Source of the DNA: Octopus vulgaris | Taxonomy: Eukaryota | Direction: 5' to 3' | Assembly (NCBI GenBank): GCA_951406725.2 | Contig: OX597814.1 | Coordinates: 37,696,001-37,760,000 of the forward strand | Length of the DNA stretch: 64,000 bases | Shown: piece by piece, positions 13,010-28,180 of the stretch | Numbering within the stretch: the stretch's first letter is position 1 | Layout: every line of letters starts with the position of its first letter | Made by a program: the position numbers and the translations under genes | Notes under the pieces: model-generated | What the model was told of the DNA's origin: nothing | Seen by the model: only the letters and a program-made list of their open reading frames with translations | The model's database searches: none

Positions 13010-13206
13010 GAAGGCCTGGCACATTGTTTTTGGTGGGGCAAGGGTAAAGTCGATTACGTCACTCCCAGTGCTTAACCTGTGCTTATTTTATTGACCCCAA
13101 AAGGATGAAAAGCAAAGTAGGCATCTGCAGTATTTCAGCTCTGATCATACAGACGGGCAAAATGCATTTTACCCGGCGTTCTAACGATTCTGCCAGCTCA
13201 CCGTCT
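13010..13206 (-). mobile_element. tRNA-derived SINE (family 1 head, alternative tail)
   Basis: TTGACCCCAAAAGGATGAAAAGCAAAG core and CTAACGATTCTGCCAGCTCACCG head, both as reverse complement. Confidence 0.8.
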
Positions 13207-13214
13207 TTTTCATA

Positions 13215-13217
13215 ATG

Positions 13218-13294
<77 letters not shown>

Positions 13295-13307
13295 GATAAT
13301 AATAAAG

Positions 13308-13354
<47 letters not shown>

Positions 13355-13367
13355 GATAATAATAAAG

Positions 13368-13444
<77 letters not shown>

Positions 13445-13445
13445 G

Positions 13446-13504
<59 letters not shown>

Positions 13505-13505
13505 C

Positions 13506-13557
<52 letters not shown>
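13215..13557. repeat. (TAA)n microsatellite with recurring AAAGAT interruptions
   Basis: Directly visible. The interruption block TAAAGATAATAATAAAGATA repeats at 60-bp spacing (13291, 13351). Confidence 0.95.
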
Positions 13558-15577
<2,020 letters not shown>

Positions 15578-16288
15578 AAAAATAATAAAATGAGAGACGG
15601 ATATGAATTAGAAACATAAATTATGCGGAAATAGGAGAAGAGCGAATTATGTGAATAGATTCAAAATCGTTTTCAAATCATATCACTTCCGTTTGTGTAG
15701 CACCAATGTTGGCATATGCAGTAGTTCGTTCACAAAATACGGTGAAGCACGTGCAAATAAATTATAACTGCATTTGCACATTATTTTGATATGCACACAT
15801 ACATATTCACACCAAATGGAAGTATATGTAAAATTATGTAAAATGTTATGATGGAAAATGAATGCCCAAAATGTAAGAAACTAAGGAGCGCTTTCTAGAG
15901 ATTGTGAACAAACTTCCAGTTACAATAATCTTTGCGTGCCTTTTCCGTTGTAGGCACATAAACTCAATATTTCGTGAGGAATATCTATTTTCGAAGGAAG
16001 TCATTTTTTGAAAACTTTGTCTTTATAATACATTTCAGTTTTATGGAATACATAGTTTTCGGAGAAAAATTCCACGTTTTACCAGAAAAAATACCAGAGT
16101 ATTGAATTAAGGATATCCTAAGAAGATTAAATTTTCGGCAATTAATAGCAGATTATTTGGAGGCCAGCTAACAATTATAATTTGAAAATTTTGTAACTTT
16201 TTGACAAAAGTGACATCTTACGCTGAGTTTTTTTGAAATACGTTCATAGAAGTTTTTAATTCTCTTATACATTCTTCCCTCGCTTAAA

Positions 16289-16422
16289 ACAGCCATTGCT
16301 ATAGCATTAATATTATTACCATATATTAAATGATATGAAATATATTTTTTTTTCGTTTAACACAGCCATATTTATAGCATTAATATTATTACCAAATATT
16401 AAATTATGTGAAATATTTTTTT
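16289..16422. repeat. Two-copy tandem duplication, ~71-bp unit
   Basis: ACAGCCAT..TATAGCATTAATATTATTACCA.ATATTAAAT occurs at ~16289 and ~16362. Confidence 0.8.
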
Positions 16423-17059
16423 CAGACCACAAAAAAATTTAACCGGTCAGATGCAAATACAACCTCAACATGCCAAAGAATAAGCCGTATCAAAACCGTC
16501 AATATATATTATTTATGTATTATTCCTAATAAGTGTGTGTTTGGTAGAAATGTTTTCAGTTTGCAGTATTTTGTCCGGAGAAAGTCCCTTTCAGAATATG
16601 AAAAACACCATATACCTGAGAACCAGCGAGAAAATCGCCCCTGTAGGTGCTACTCATTCGTAAAATATACCAGATTCATCACGAACGCGAATTCACCTGG
16701 CTAGTCTGCTCTATATAGAGAGAGCGTAAGTATCTATCAAGAGATGTGTAACAGCGCCGTTAAAATTTAAGCAAAATTAAACTATGATATATGTATGCAT
16801 ATGTATATATATGTGTGTGTGTGGGTGTGTGTGAGTGTATGCCTGTGTGCGCGAGTGTGTGTGTTTGTGTGTGTGTGCGCGCTTTTTTTGTGTGTTTGCA
16901 AAGTAAGGATAAATACATGGTTAGAATCTTCCCACGCATGTTTCAACTTTGCAGGTAGCTTGGAGCTCGTAGTAGGTTTTCCGAGCTTTTAGATGCTGAA
17001 GCACAGCGGAACACCAGTTTACACTTTATTGTATTAAATTACAGATAGCTATGGGTCAT

Positions 17060-17130
17060 AATTATAGAAGTTACTTCGCAATTGTGAGACTGACATTAAT
17101 TATAGAAGTTGCTTCACAATTGTGAGACTG
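17060..17130. repeat. Two-copy 38-bp tandem duplication
   Basis: AATTATAGAAGTT(A/G)CTTC(G/A)CAATTGTGAGACTG occurs twice, next to a SINE head. Confidence 0.8.
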
Positions 17131-17247
17131 TGTGGTTGTGAGACTGATCGCGAAATCACATGGTTCCGGGATCAATCTCACTGCGTGGCGTATTTTACTA
17201 GTCTCTTCAACTAAAGCCACAGGCCGTTCAGCGGTAGACGAGAACAC
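17125..17247 (+). mobile_element. Degenerate tRNA-derived SINE (family 2)
   Basis: CTGTGTGGT..CACATGGTTCCGGGATCAATCTCACTGCGTGGC..GTCTCTTC..GGTAGACG, followed by a (TG)-rich tail. Confidence 0.65.
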
Positions 17248-17624
17248 ACGTACATTCGAAAACATACGTACATAAGTATTTCGGTATGTGAATGTCTATA
17301 AATATATGCATATATGTTTGCGGTGGAGTGCATATGCGTTTTCGTGTGTGTATGTGTTTGTGTGTGTATTTGTGTTTGTGGGTGTCTACGTGGATGTGTT
17401 GTGTGTGCTGTGTGTTATTATTTGTGTCTATCCTTAATGTGCCACTGTATACTAAATAGTAATTTGCTCCCGAAAAATTAACTGAATTACCTCTGTAATA
17501 CAATGGAATATTCTTAATGACTCAAAATTTAAATTGATATAAATATGAGTATAGTAAGTTAGTATAACATCAGACACACACACAAATATATACATATATA
17601 CACTTTTTACAATTTTCAACACAC

Positions 17625-17718
<94 letters not shown>
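17625..17718. repeat. (TA)n microsatellite
   Basis: Directly visible. A second (TA)/(TACA) tract lies at 17920-18065. Confidence 0.95.
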
Positions 17719-17723
<5 letters not shown>

Positions 17724-17813
17724 TAATCCAAACAAGAAAGCACAAAAAAAACAACGCTGGACGCGGAACAAACATCGTATTATTGGACGCTCAAGAAAGA
17801 AGTAAAGAAGGAG

Positions 17814-17849
17814 GTTCTAACGTTTCGTGCGGAGCTCTTCGTCGGAAAC
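17814..17849 (-). ncRNA. Minimal hammerhead-like motif in a ~200-bp repeat (17720-17918) between (TA)n tracts
   Basis: Minus strand reads GTTT-CCGACGA-A-GAGC-TCC-GCAC-GAAA-CG-TT-AGAAC. It has U4C and one stem II mismatch. Confidence 0.55.
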
Positions 17850-17916
17850 ATAGGATAAGGAAAAAAAAGGACAGAGGAAAAAAATCGCCAACGGTACACA
17901 CGTAGTCACTTTTGGA

Positions 17917-18025
<109 letters not shown>

Positions 18026-18111
18026 CATACATACATATATACATACATATATACATACATATGTATATGCATGAATATGTGTGTACATGTGTATGTGTAT
18101 CTGTCATATTA

Positions 18112-18300
18112 CGCGTGGTCAAGTGTTCAGTTTTGTTCTACTGACGCTGACGACGGGGTGAGCGTTGCATAATTAAACAAAACACGTCATCTCACATTGC
18201 TTTGCGACCACTTCAACGTTTGACACACAATAGAACTGTGCAGGTCGTTAAGCACTAAATTGAAGAACAGTCTTTACCGGTCTCGAGTGACAACATGTAA
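18112..18300 (+). mobile_element. Probable degenerate SINE
   Basis: A-box-like CGCGTGGTCAAG and CORE/V-like AAAACACGTCATCTCACATTGCT. No second copy is in the window. Confidence 0.4.
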
Positions 18301-18911
18301 TTAATATATGATTGCATATATGTCGATTACTTCACTATTCGAGCTTTCTGTAGAATTTGTTTTCATGTTTTTCTTCGTACTGTAACTATCTATGTGTTGT
18401 TTTTCAATACGTTGATTTTACATGCTATAATCACTTTGCTACATTTTATTGGCACTAAACATATTTCGTATTTTGAAACACAAATTCATAAACAAGTGCT
18501 GTCTGGAGGAGGAGGGCATACATAGTGTCTTATTATTTGTGGCTGTGGTGTGGATTAACCTTTCTATCTTATTGTTCTACAGATAATTCGTTTAAATTTA
18601 CTCTAGGTAACCTTTGAAAATAGAAGCCTCTAAATACTGCTGTATAAAGCCAACCTTACTTGTTTGGATTCAAAATCATCGACAATTATACTGCACTTGC
18701 CATGTGTACATACAACAGACTATTTCGTTAATGGAAACTTTAAACGCGTTTATTTCATATGACATTTCCTGTAACCCTGGGTTTCATTGGCTTCTTCTGC
18801 TCCCTATACTTCCTTATACGTTCATGCAGACATATATTCAGACACACATGCACCTCCTTACTTACGTACCCGAGCGCATGAATACGCACACACACATAAT
18901 TCTCTTTAACA

Positions 18912-19585
18912 TCATATCTATAAAAGGGACAGTGTGTGTGCGCGTGTGTGTGCGTGTCTGTACGTGATTGTAATTTATGCACGTCCACGAATTAGCACGC
19001 CTGTCGCACAAATTTTAGGATGACATTTGTCAACACCCTATCTGGGTTTTGTCAACTTATTTTTACCCCGAGGCACCCGTCGGTAGCGTAAATATCTAGT
19101 TTCAAACATAGCTTTTAGCCACAAAAATATTAGCATGGCTGTTTTGCCGGCGTCTAACAAAAAAAAGAAAAGTAGAAGAAGTAGGCAGAGAGTTTCACGG
19201 GAAAGACAAAGTGAGAGAGGGAGAGAGAGAGAGAGAGTAAGTTATGACGTTCATAAAAAATAAAATGTAAAATGTTTTGTTTTTTTGTTTTTGAAAGACA
19301 CTATATTTTATAATCATAGTATATATACTTTCTCATACAACAATTCCAGTATATTTATTTTAAATATAAATATATTGTAATCGTTATATAGTATAATATA
19401 ATATAAATATATATCTATATTATAAAATATATATATATATAATATATAATATATATACTATACCTAATTTCAACGGATTTCGCCCAAATTTGACGTCTAT
19501 ATTACTTAGTATGGTTTGAAATAAAGACTTGTATTAACTTAATAATCGTAACTAAATCCTGGGCAAGGTCGGGTTATACTGTTAG
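18912..19585 (+). mobile_element. Non-autonomous Helitron (older, copy B)
   Basis: Starts A|TCATATCTATAAAAGGG followed by (GT)n. Ends with the hairpin-like CCTGGGCAAGGTCGGG then TTATACTGTTAG|T. Confidence 0.65.
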
Positions 19586-20689
19586 TTGGAGTTAAAATAC
19601 TGAAAATATATTTATTTAGTTCTATAGTTTTAAAAATAGAATATTATTTTAGCAGCATAAAACATTTTTGGATTTTATGTAATATGCAAAATAAAAGTTA
19701 TGCATACATTTGAATACTGTACGGATTTAAAACGGATTTAAATAGGTTTATATATTATTGAACAGAGAGCACAAGACAACACGACCAAGATCAATTGCAC
19801 AAAATAACCTTATTCAGTAACTTATCCGTTGATTCATAAATATTTGAAGATTTATACTAAAGCATAATTTATGTACATTTATATATGTAATGAATCTTGT
19901 TAAAAAATATGCTGATGTTGTACAAACTTCAGACAAATAATTTCTTCTACTGAGTAATTCGCTGTTTCATTCTTTTCTCTCAATGTTCGTTATATATTTT
20001 GGACTTAGTTCACGTCCCAATTTAATAATTTCGTGTTTGATGTAAGGTTTGCGTTTCGATAAACGTAATACATAAGTAGAAATGCAAAGATTAATTGATC
20101 CCTTTTTATCAGGAAACCATTTCTACCAAGTTCTTTACATTTTCTATGAAAGCAACTTGATCTAAAGGGTTTACATTCTTTCATCAAAATGAGTTGTCTG
20201 CTATGCAATTATGAGCGGGGAGGAATTCCTGATAGCTGATGTTCTCTGGAGAAAATATAACTTGTGGTTGTTGGCGTGCAGCATTTGTTGCTTTACAAAA
20301 TTTGTGTAAGGCAAAAATAAGCGCTGCCAAGGCATTGTATAATTCTGCGACCCTAGGGAAATAGTTTATCCTGAAGATATAATCAGAAAGGACCATACAT
20401 GCAAATAGTATAGTACAGTTAATTGCTGACAGACAAGCTCAAATGTTGGTGTCACGTTGAACAATATACATTTTATTAAATTCCACAACTATGTTTATCT
20501 GATGATATTCAATTGTGAAAGTATGTCAATGGAACCTAGATATGCCGAATAAATTTAAGTAATCGGGAATATCTAAGAAATATGACAGCGCATATAGTAG
20601 TGCATATGTATGCACATATGCATACATCTATATTTGTGAGTTAATGTGTATGTATGTGTGTGTTTCTATGTATATATTGTGGCCTGAAT

Positions 20690-20722
<33 letters not shown>

Positions 20723-20782
20723 TATAACAATATCATCGAAAAAGGCTTTAGGAATCAGAACCCAGGTTCGAAATTTCCCCAA

Positions 20783-20828
20783 GACACCTGATGAAGGCTG
20801 GAGTGTATATCAGCCGAAATGTTGTGTT
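20783..20828 (+). ncRNA. Minimal type I hammerhead ribozyme in a ~170-bp repeat (20737-20908)
   Basis: Stem I GACAC/GTGTT, core CTGATGA plus A, perfect stem II GGCTG/CAGCC with a 10-nt loop, then GAAA-TG-TT (probably CpG-decayed GAAACGTT). Confidence 0.7.
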
Positions 20829-23800
20829 AACAACAAACAATTTGAGGTCAAATATCCGTCAAATGTAAATAACGTACATAATTCCTCATCTCTTACATAT
20901 AGAACTGTATTATGTATGATCAGATTGTTAACTTGAAGCATATTCCCAGTGTAATTTTATTATATTTTATCAAAGTAAATTTTATATCTTTATACGAAAA
21001 GAGAAACGTTAAATTCACGAAAAATCATCATTTGATATGTTTATTGTTTTGTATTCAAATTAGCTACTTGAATAGTGTAGAGACAATAAAAAGCTAACAT
21101 CAATATTGCGTGCTACGTCTAACAAGTTCGATTGGGGCAAAGATCGAAATCCATTGTCTTGACTTTTAAATATGGACGACGTTAAATTAAGCCTTTTAGA
21201 TATCGAGGATATTGACATATCTGATTAAGCGTAAATCAAAATTTTTGTTTAAAAGTGTCATCTAACAAAGGCATACCAATACTCGCTAAGTAATGAGATA
21301 CGTGAAAATAAGCAAAAACAAAATAAAATTGATAGAGCTGCAAGTAAATCAAAAAAGTTTTTCCCAGTATTACTTAAGATTAACGCGTTGATTTAGATCG
21401 CAACGATGTTCTGACAGATTAACATTTATAAACGTCTAGAGAAACCTCAGTAAAACTCCACGAACTGAGAACATATTACCCGACATATTGTGCATGTAAT
21501 ACCTGAAAACATATTGCTAATCAAGTAATAAATATTGACATCTAAATTATTTCTTTAAAGATATAATTTTTTATTGAGTGACTTCAGTTCATATTTTAAT
21601 TTTTTTTTTTTCTGGAGCAAGTATATATTTATGTTATCAAATTTCTTCCTGTGGCAAGTAGAATATATTAGCTGGTAGTGGAAAAATTGACAAGGCTAAA
21701 AGTTAAGCTAATTGTTCGTTGAGACATACGTTTTTGAAGTTATAAAGGAAATTATGCCGTTTTCATGATCACATACAGAACATTTATGATGCATTTACAA
21801 TGCTCTTTAGTGCAGTTCACAGAGAATACAAAATAAATATTGCAAGTCAGACAAGAGTTTTGTTCATTTTAAATATTCACTTGTAACATTATTATTCCCC
21901 TCATCTTAGTAATATATTATTGATCTTATTCCTGGAAGTTGAGACATATATTTTATCAATTTACTTTTTAAATCATCACATCCGATTCACCGTAAAGAGG
22001 CGAAATTTATTTCTGAACCATAAAAGGGCGATTATGTGACCATTAGCTATGTTGTAGAACATACACTTTTATTGATTTGACTGTACTTAAATTCATATTC
22101 ACTTTAGCTAAAATTTATTTCAATCCAATGCAGAAAAAACCCCCACATGATCTATATTATTCATTGAACGACATTTATTATATAGACAGTTTATTGGTGG
22201 GGCTTCTGAAACATTTTACAGTAAATATTTATTTTAATTTATGTACATCTAATATAAACATATTGCATATTCATCCGAAGGTATGTTTTATCTCTACTTT
22301 CTCTCGTGCTCTTTGCATAACTGGCTATATATATAACCACTGTATCTATATTTTGTTACTTTTGAGTGTCGGGTGGGTGGTTATTATACAAAGGTTTAAG
22401 ATGTTTTATAAACGAATATATGCCCTCCATTCATCGTTAAACTTGATTACCTTGTCAGTAGTATTTAAATGATATCGGACGATAGCTCTAGATTATAATT
22501 TAACGTATCATTCTAGTTCAATATTTCAATATCTAAAAAATATATGTAACTGCTGAAGGTGACGAGTGGAAATTGCTTACTTTGCCCGTGTTTTCAATGT
22601 TTACATTGCAGTATGTCACACATCAGTAGTCATTTGATAAAATTGAGATTATGTACGTGGAATATGCAAATAAATTATAAATATGAACTTTCGTGTCAGA
22701 TATTTGTTTTTTTTTTCTGTTGAGATAAATTCAAATTAGCAGGCAGGTGAAGGCTGTACTGAATGTGTACAACTTGAAACAACTTGCCCTAGTTTATTGC
22801 TATTAAATTCCCAAAATTTTTTATAAACTTACTCTTTGGTATCATTTCTCTTTACGCAAGACACGAATTACATTTATTTATGCTTATATTTCTGTCGCTG
22901 TTTAGATATTAGATATTGATGAAATATTAGAAGATTGCGTTGATTCCACGTTTATGAAGCAGAAACTGATGCGTGGTAATCATTATTTGCAAGTAAGAGT
23001 TAATGTTGTGTTGGCATGTCTCCGATTTTTCTCCTGTTTTAAAGATATTACAAATTCATGATCACCAATCTCTATCAGTGACTAAGAGGACTTACCGAAT
23101 TTCTTCTTCACATTGTCTTACAATCCTATTGATACATGCAGATAGTCAGGAGAGTGAAAGACAAAATATGTCTACACCAACGCAATTATACTTCAGTTAT
23201 ATATCTATCTATCTCTTGATCTATCTATTTATGTATCTGTCTCTCTGTCTCTATGTATGTGTGCCTACCTCATTATGCTTAATCTAGAATCACCACTTTC
23301 TGTTTCTGCACTTTCTGCTGCAAACTATTTCCTATGTTTCAGTATACACGGTGGAGTTATATCTAACCGTATGCTCATATATGTTAATCAACGTTGTCAA
23401 TTGTAACTGTAATTAATCAATTCGAATATAACAAAACGTTGGGCACATCAAAAAAATTATTATTTGAATCAAAACCTCAGTTTTTAGTGGGATGTGAAGT
23501 ATGGATTAAGTATCCGTGATTGATGAAGCGTAACAATGCTTATGCACGTTTCCTGCTGTCCTTCGATGTTATTCAAATTATAACATTGTGTTTTTCGTAA
23601 ATGTTTCGTATAGAAGATCTCCTTGTCAGAGAAACAATTGTTCAGTAAATCTGTTTCCGGCTTTGAATGTACACGATTGTGTTAAATGTCGATATAAAAG
23701 CCTGCATTTTATTTTGATGCACAGGCTCTAATATATATATAAATATATATATACACACATTTATAAATTAATAGCACAAATTCCTGTTACGCTGAACAAA

Positions 23801-24939
23801 GAATATTATATGTTAGAGAAACGTTTTATGATGTGCCTGTTAATTTATATTGATAGAGTTAAATTAGAAATATTTGATAACGATTCCCTAGAAAATCACT
23901 TTGGGTGATATATGCGATCATTTAATCAATTTCTTCTTGAGCCAATTTAATTTATTCTGTATCAGATTTTTTTTATATTCGTTGTTAGATATTGTGTAAT
24001 GTTTACGATTTAATAACTGCGTGATTATTTCTGCCATTATATTAATTCTATATTTTACATAAGCAGTCTAGGGATGTATGGATGAATAAATAACAGTAAT
24101 TAATATATGAGAATCCACTTACAGTTAACCCATGATTGTATTATCATCAATAACATTACGACATTTATAGACATGGCATATTTTTCATGTACACTTTTCA
24201 TTATATTTTAATATTCACCCCAAATATTAAAAAAAATCAAGCTTCACTTAAAAAAATAAAACGAGAAAACATATACTTAGTATTGCTTTCGATTTAACGT
24301 TTTGAGGAAAATTTAAACTGTTATGAGTAATCTCCATCATCACAATGAGCAAACAAAATCCGTATAAATTGGACACATTTCATTGCAAACTCTATAAACT
24401 ATGAAGCGTGAAGTAGTTTAGCAAATATTTAAGCATATTAAAATGCTTATCCGACCGGAAAACTGGATCATCGTAAAAAAAAAAAAAATTAAAAAATAAG
24501 TTTTACAGTAAAGGATACTATAGGAAAAATAAATTAAATCAGGATTTTATCCAATAAGCATGCTTCAAAATGATTAGCTTCAATATGTGCATGCATGCAC
24601 AAATGTACCTGCGTTAGCTTCCGAAGTGTTTAGCATGTGTCTGTATATGTACGTTAGTATGTATGAATATGCATGTTCACATTATCTCTACATATGCACT
24701 CATATTTTACTCAAATTATCTTAAAGTGTTCTCATTGAATTAAATTCAAATATAAACACTTTCACTTGTACATACACACACAAATATGTATATACGTGCA
24801 TATGCACATGTGTAAACATATACGTTTGTAGTTGTTAATGAGAAAGTGCTTATTGATATGCGCACTAATAATTTCTGTGTGAATAGATAGGCACACACGT
24901 ACATATCAAGAAATGTATATGTGCGTTTATATATATGTA

Positions 24940-25323
24940 CTAGCAGTATCGCCCGGCGTTGCTCCGGTTTGTAAGGGAAATAAATATATAAGCATTTTTA
25001 GAGAGTTATAGCCAAAAAATAGCAAAAAAATGCATTAGAAATGGAAAAGAAAATGATGGTAATTTTTTTTTAAATCGTTGACTCATCGTAGAATTTTTAG
25101 AGAGTTATTTCCCGTATATAATAGCGAAAAAATGCATTGAAATGGAAAAAAATTATGGTAATTTTTTTTTAAGTCGTAGACTCATCGTAGACGTGCGCTA
25201 ATACCCAGAATGGCTCGATATGAATCACAAATATAGGATACCCGGATTTGGGTAAACTGCACCGCAAAATGTGGGAGTAGTTAGGAATCTAATTCGTAGG
25301 AGACAGACACACAACCTTACTTT

Positions 25324-25333
<10 letters not shown>
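24940..25333 (-). mobile_element. Non-autonomous Helitron (copy C) with internal ~100-bp tandem duplication
   Basis: Same CTAG and hairpin 3' end as 358-742. The 5' end is TTTATATATAAAAGTAAGG plus (GT/GTCT)n. The block ATTTTTAGAGAGTTAT..GACTCATCGTAGA occurs at ~24994 and ~25093. Confidence 0.8.
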
Positions 25334-25388
<55 letters not shown>

Positions 25389-25417
25389 AATTGTGCAGGT
25401 GTATAAATAGGCACACA

Positions 25418-25505
<88 letters not shown>
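25324..25505. repeat. Compound (TA)n/(GT)n/(CA)n microsatellite
   Basis: Directly visible. Confidence 0.9.
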
Positions 25506-25507
<2 letters not shown>

Positions 25508-26004
25508 CAGGAACAGAGAGACTACGGAAATAGGTAGTTACGTAGACAGATAGAGAGATAGATACATAGTTACAGGAATTGACAGATGGTTAGAAAGGTA
25601 GGTACATATATACACGTAGATGTAGATGTAGACTGATTCATATTCATTCAGACAAACACTGTGAGAGGCGTAAATGTATACGTATCCGCAGATGCTCATC
25701 TGTGTATGCGAAAAAAGTCATTATGATGAGAATGTGTCACATTTATTCCTGTGATGTTTTGGAATACACTGTGTTTATTCTTCTATATAACTCAAATAAA
25801 TTTGAACGGAATTACGTAAACCAGAAACGTTTGCAAAGTGAATATTTTCGATGACTATCTAAATAGTTTTAAGCGATTGCTCAAGGCATCCCTTTTTTGC
25901 CTATCGAAAACTCAAGGAAATTTGTAGTCACAAATACATATGTACATACATATCGCTAGCCACTACACATTCTTTATTTTCTCTCCTTGTTTCTTTCTGC
26001 GTTC

Positions 26005-26041
26005 CTTTCTGTGGAAGAGCGTAGGCTACAAAAGTTGAAGA
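26005..26041 (+). other. Heavily decayed hammerhead-like motif in a short repeat (~25953-26135)
   Basis: CTTT-CTGTGGA-A-GAGC-GTAG-GCTA-CAAAAGT-TGAAG has the same layout as 17814-17849, but both core boxes deviate. Confidence 0.3.
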
Positions 26042-26145
26042 CTTCTTCACTTCCCGAGCGTTACACTAATTCATGTTTGTTGTCTACACAATCTGTCTCC
26101 GTTTTTTTTTTTAGTGGGGGGGGGAAGATTCTCCCTATATATATG

Positions 26146-26189
<44 letters not shown>

Positions 26190-26904
26190 GAAGGAGTTGA
26201 TAAACACAAAAAGGGCACTCAGCAAAACTTTTGTTAGTTACATGCATGGATAAAAAACAATTTGATTGAAATTAGTTTGTGCTCAGTGTCTCAAGCGTGA
26301 TGCTAATGTGTTCAGCAGTCATTTTCGTTCATATGTATGTGTGTGTATGTGTGCGTTTCTTTCATTTAAAACATTTACTTGTAAAAGCATGATTCCCTTC
26401 ATCTTGGTTATATATTATTAGTGCTGGAAATTGTGACTTTGCGCGCCCATGTACAGATGCTCACGTTCACGTCAATTCAGACATGCACGCAAAACCATAT
26501 CAGCGAGTCCATACGTTATAAAACTATACATAGGACACCTTCCTACTTTCCCTCTCACAACTAGACCGATTTCCTCTCCAACACGCGGTCGATTTCCAGT
26601 CCACCACAGGTTCCATTTCCTATTCACCGTGCAGTATTTTCCAACTAACTGTTTACGCTGTTACACCGATATACTAACATCAAAGCACGACACCGCGTGA
26701 TCTTCCTCGACCAACCGCAGTCCACCTTACGGTAATAGCAATCGGCTTCTCTTATTTAAATTCAAAATGGCTGAAGATTAGCATCACGCTTAAAACTCTC
26801 GGTGTACCAACGAATTACATCAAACTGCTTTGATCCGTATATATGTGTGTGCGTTTGTGTATTTCTCTCTCTATGTTCATATAATCTTTTACTTGCTTTA
26901 GCCC

Positions 26905-27068
26905 TTTGATTGTAGACGTGCTGGAGCACCACATTAAATAATCTGTTAGTTGAAGAAATCGACCTCACGACTTACTACTTACTCTATCGCGCTGTGTGTT
27001 ATAGGGATGCAAGCACACCAATATTGGTTGTAAAACGATAATGGGGGTGGGAATAAACGCAGACACAA
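26905..27068. mobile_element. Degenerate SINE-like repeat (family 3)
   Basis: GCTGGAGCACCAC..GAAATCGACC..GGGATGCAAGCACACCA..GGTTGT resembles the fragment at 44290-44365. Confidence 0.45.
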
Positions 27069-27421
27069 TAAATATATATATATATACATACTTTTTAGGG
27101 GATAATATATCGGTTTGTAGTTATTAATCTGTAATGATTAGATAAATCTATTATTTTTGTGGTTAATCTTTGTTTCAATAAATTTATGCCTTTTCTAGAT
27201 ATTTACATATTGTGAATTGTAATGTTAATAAAACGACTGAGTACTTTTATACACACACACACATATGTGTGTGTATATATATTATATATATTTCTTTCTG
27301 GTTATCAATATCTGCCGTTCTTGTTATCTTTCGTTTTATTATTATGTGTTCGTTTCCGTCTGGTCCATGAAATGTCTCTTTGTATATTTTTGTTTGTCGT
27401 AATAATTCACGCCAATATGCA

Positions 27422-27511
27422 ATTCCTAACGAAGAATGTAATTTTTATTTCATGAATAGTTTTTCGTTTCCATCTTTGAAATTAATTAGACTCCGAAACA
27501 AATTGTAGAAT
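27422..27511 (+). ncRNA. Decayed type I hammerhead with long stem II
   Basis: ATTC-CTAACGA-AGAATGTAATT...AATTAGACTCC-GAAA-CAAATTG-TA-GAAT. Stem I is ATTC/GAAT and stem III is near-palindromic. G5A and stem II mismatches are present. Confidence 0.5.
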
Positions 27512-27602
27512 GGACGCTGGTTCTGTACCAACCTGGACTATGAAATGAAGTTCTTTTAACCCCCCTCTCTCTCTCTCTATATATATATTTGTATATATAT
27601 TC

Positions 27603-28123
27603 TTAGGTGCAGTTGTATATGTTTAAGATGGTGTGGACGGATGTAACCAATGCAGTGTGATATGGAGAACAGGCTGTTGCCCATGCAACTTGTAGCCCCT
27701 CTCCACCTCGTTGATGGATGCAAAGCAGGGCTGCTACAGTTTGGCGCCAGCGCGGTCGCAGAAGATCCCAGAACGAAGTTGAGATCAGCATGGAGCTACT
27801 TTAGGGGCTCCGACTCCGGATTATTCCTCGATGTTTAATTCTGAAGCCTTTTCCATGGATGGATATTGCCACAAGGCAGCGGCATAGGTTTGAGATAAGA
27901 TGGGCAGCCTTCCTAGGCAGACGTGCACCCACTACCCGAAGCATTTGATTTTAAGGCGCAAGAGTACCGCCTTTGCCCCTTCTCCTGTCTGTAAAAGCAG
28001 TTCCGCCACGAGCAGGCCCAGAGTTGGATTTTAGTTGTCAGAAGCGTTTTGAGACGCACACATGTGGGAGCATGTTGTAGATAGTGGGAGCTTATCCCTA
28101 CTACCTGTGACAACCTCGGAACC
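27603..28123 (-). mobile_element. RTE-LINE 5'UTR-derived non-coding element
   Basis: 27696-27822 aligns with the 5'UTR of the RTE at 48098-48230 (CCTCTC..ACCT..GATG, GTTTGGCRCCAGC, CTCC.ACTCCGGATT). It is flanked by TA repeats and has no RT or APE coding sequence. Confidence 0.7.
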
Positions 28124-28127
28124 ATAT

Positions 28128-28168
<41 letters not shown>

Positions 28169-28180
28169 TATATACACTTT

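Noticed and set aside
20184-20396. 70-aa minus-strand ORF as a host exon
   Set aside because: NYFPRVAELYNAL resembles the C-terminal FFPR..LWN.L motif of CR1/L2-type LINEs. It is more likely an old remnant, and too weak to annotate.
26420-26760. GC-richer block as an LTR fragment or 83-aa CDS
   Set aside because: There are no TG..CA termini, TSD or recognisable protein motif.
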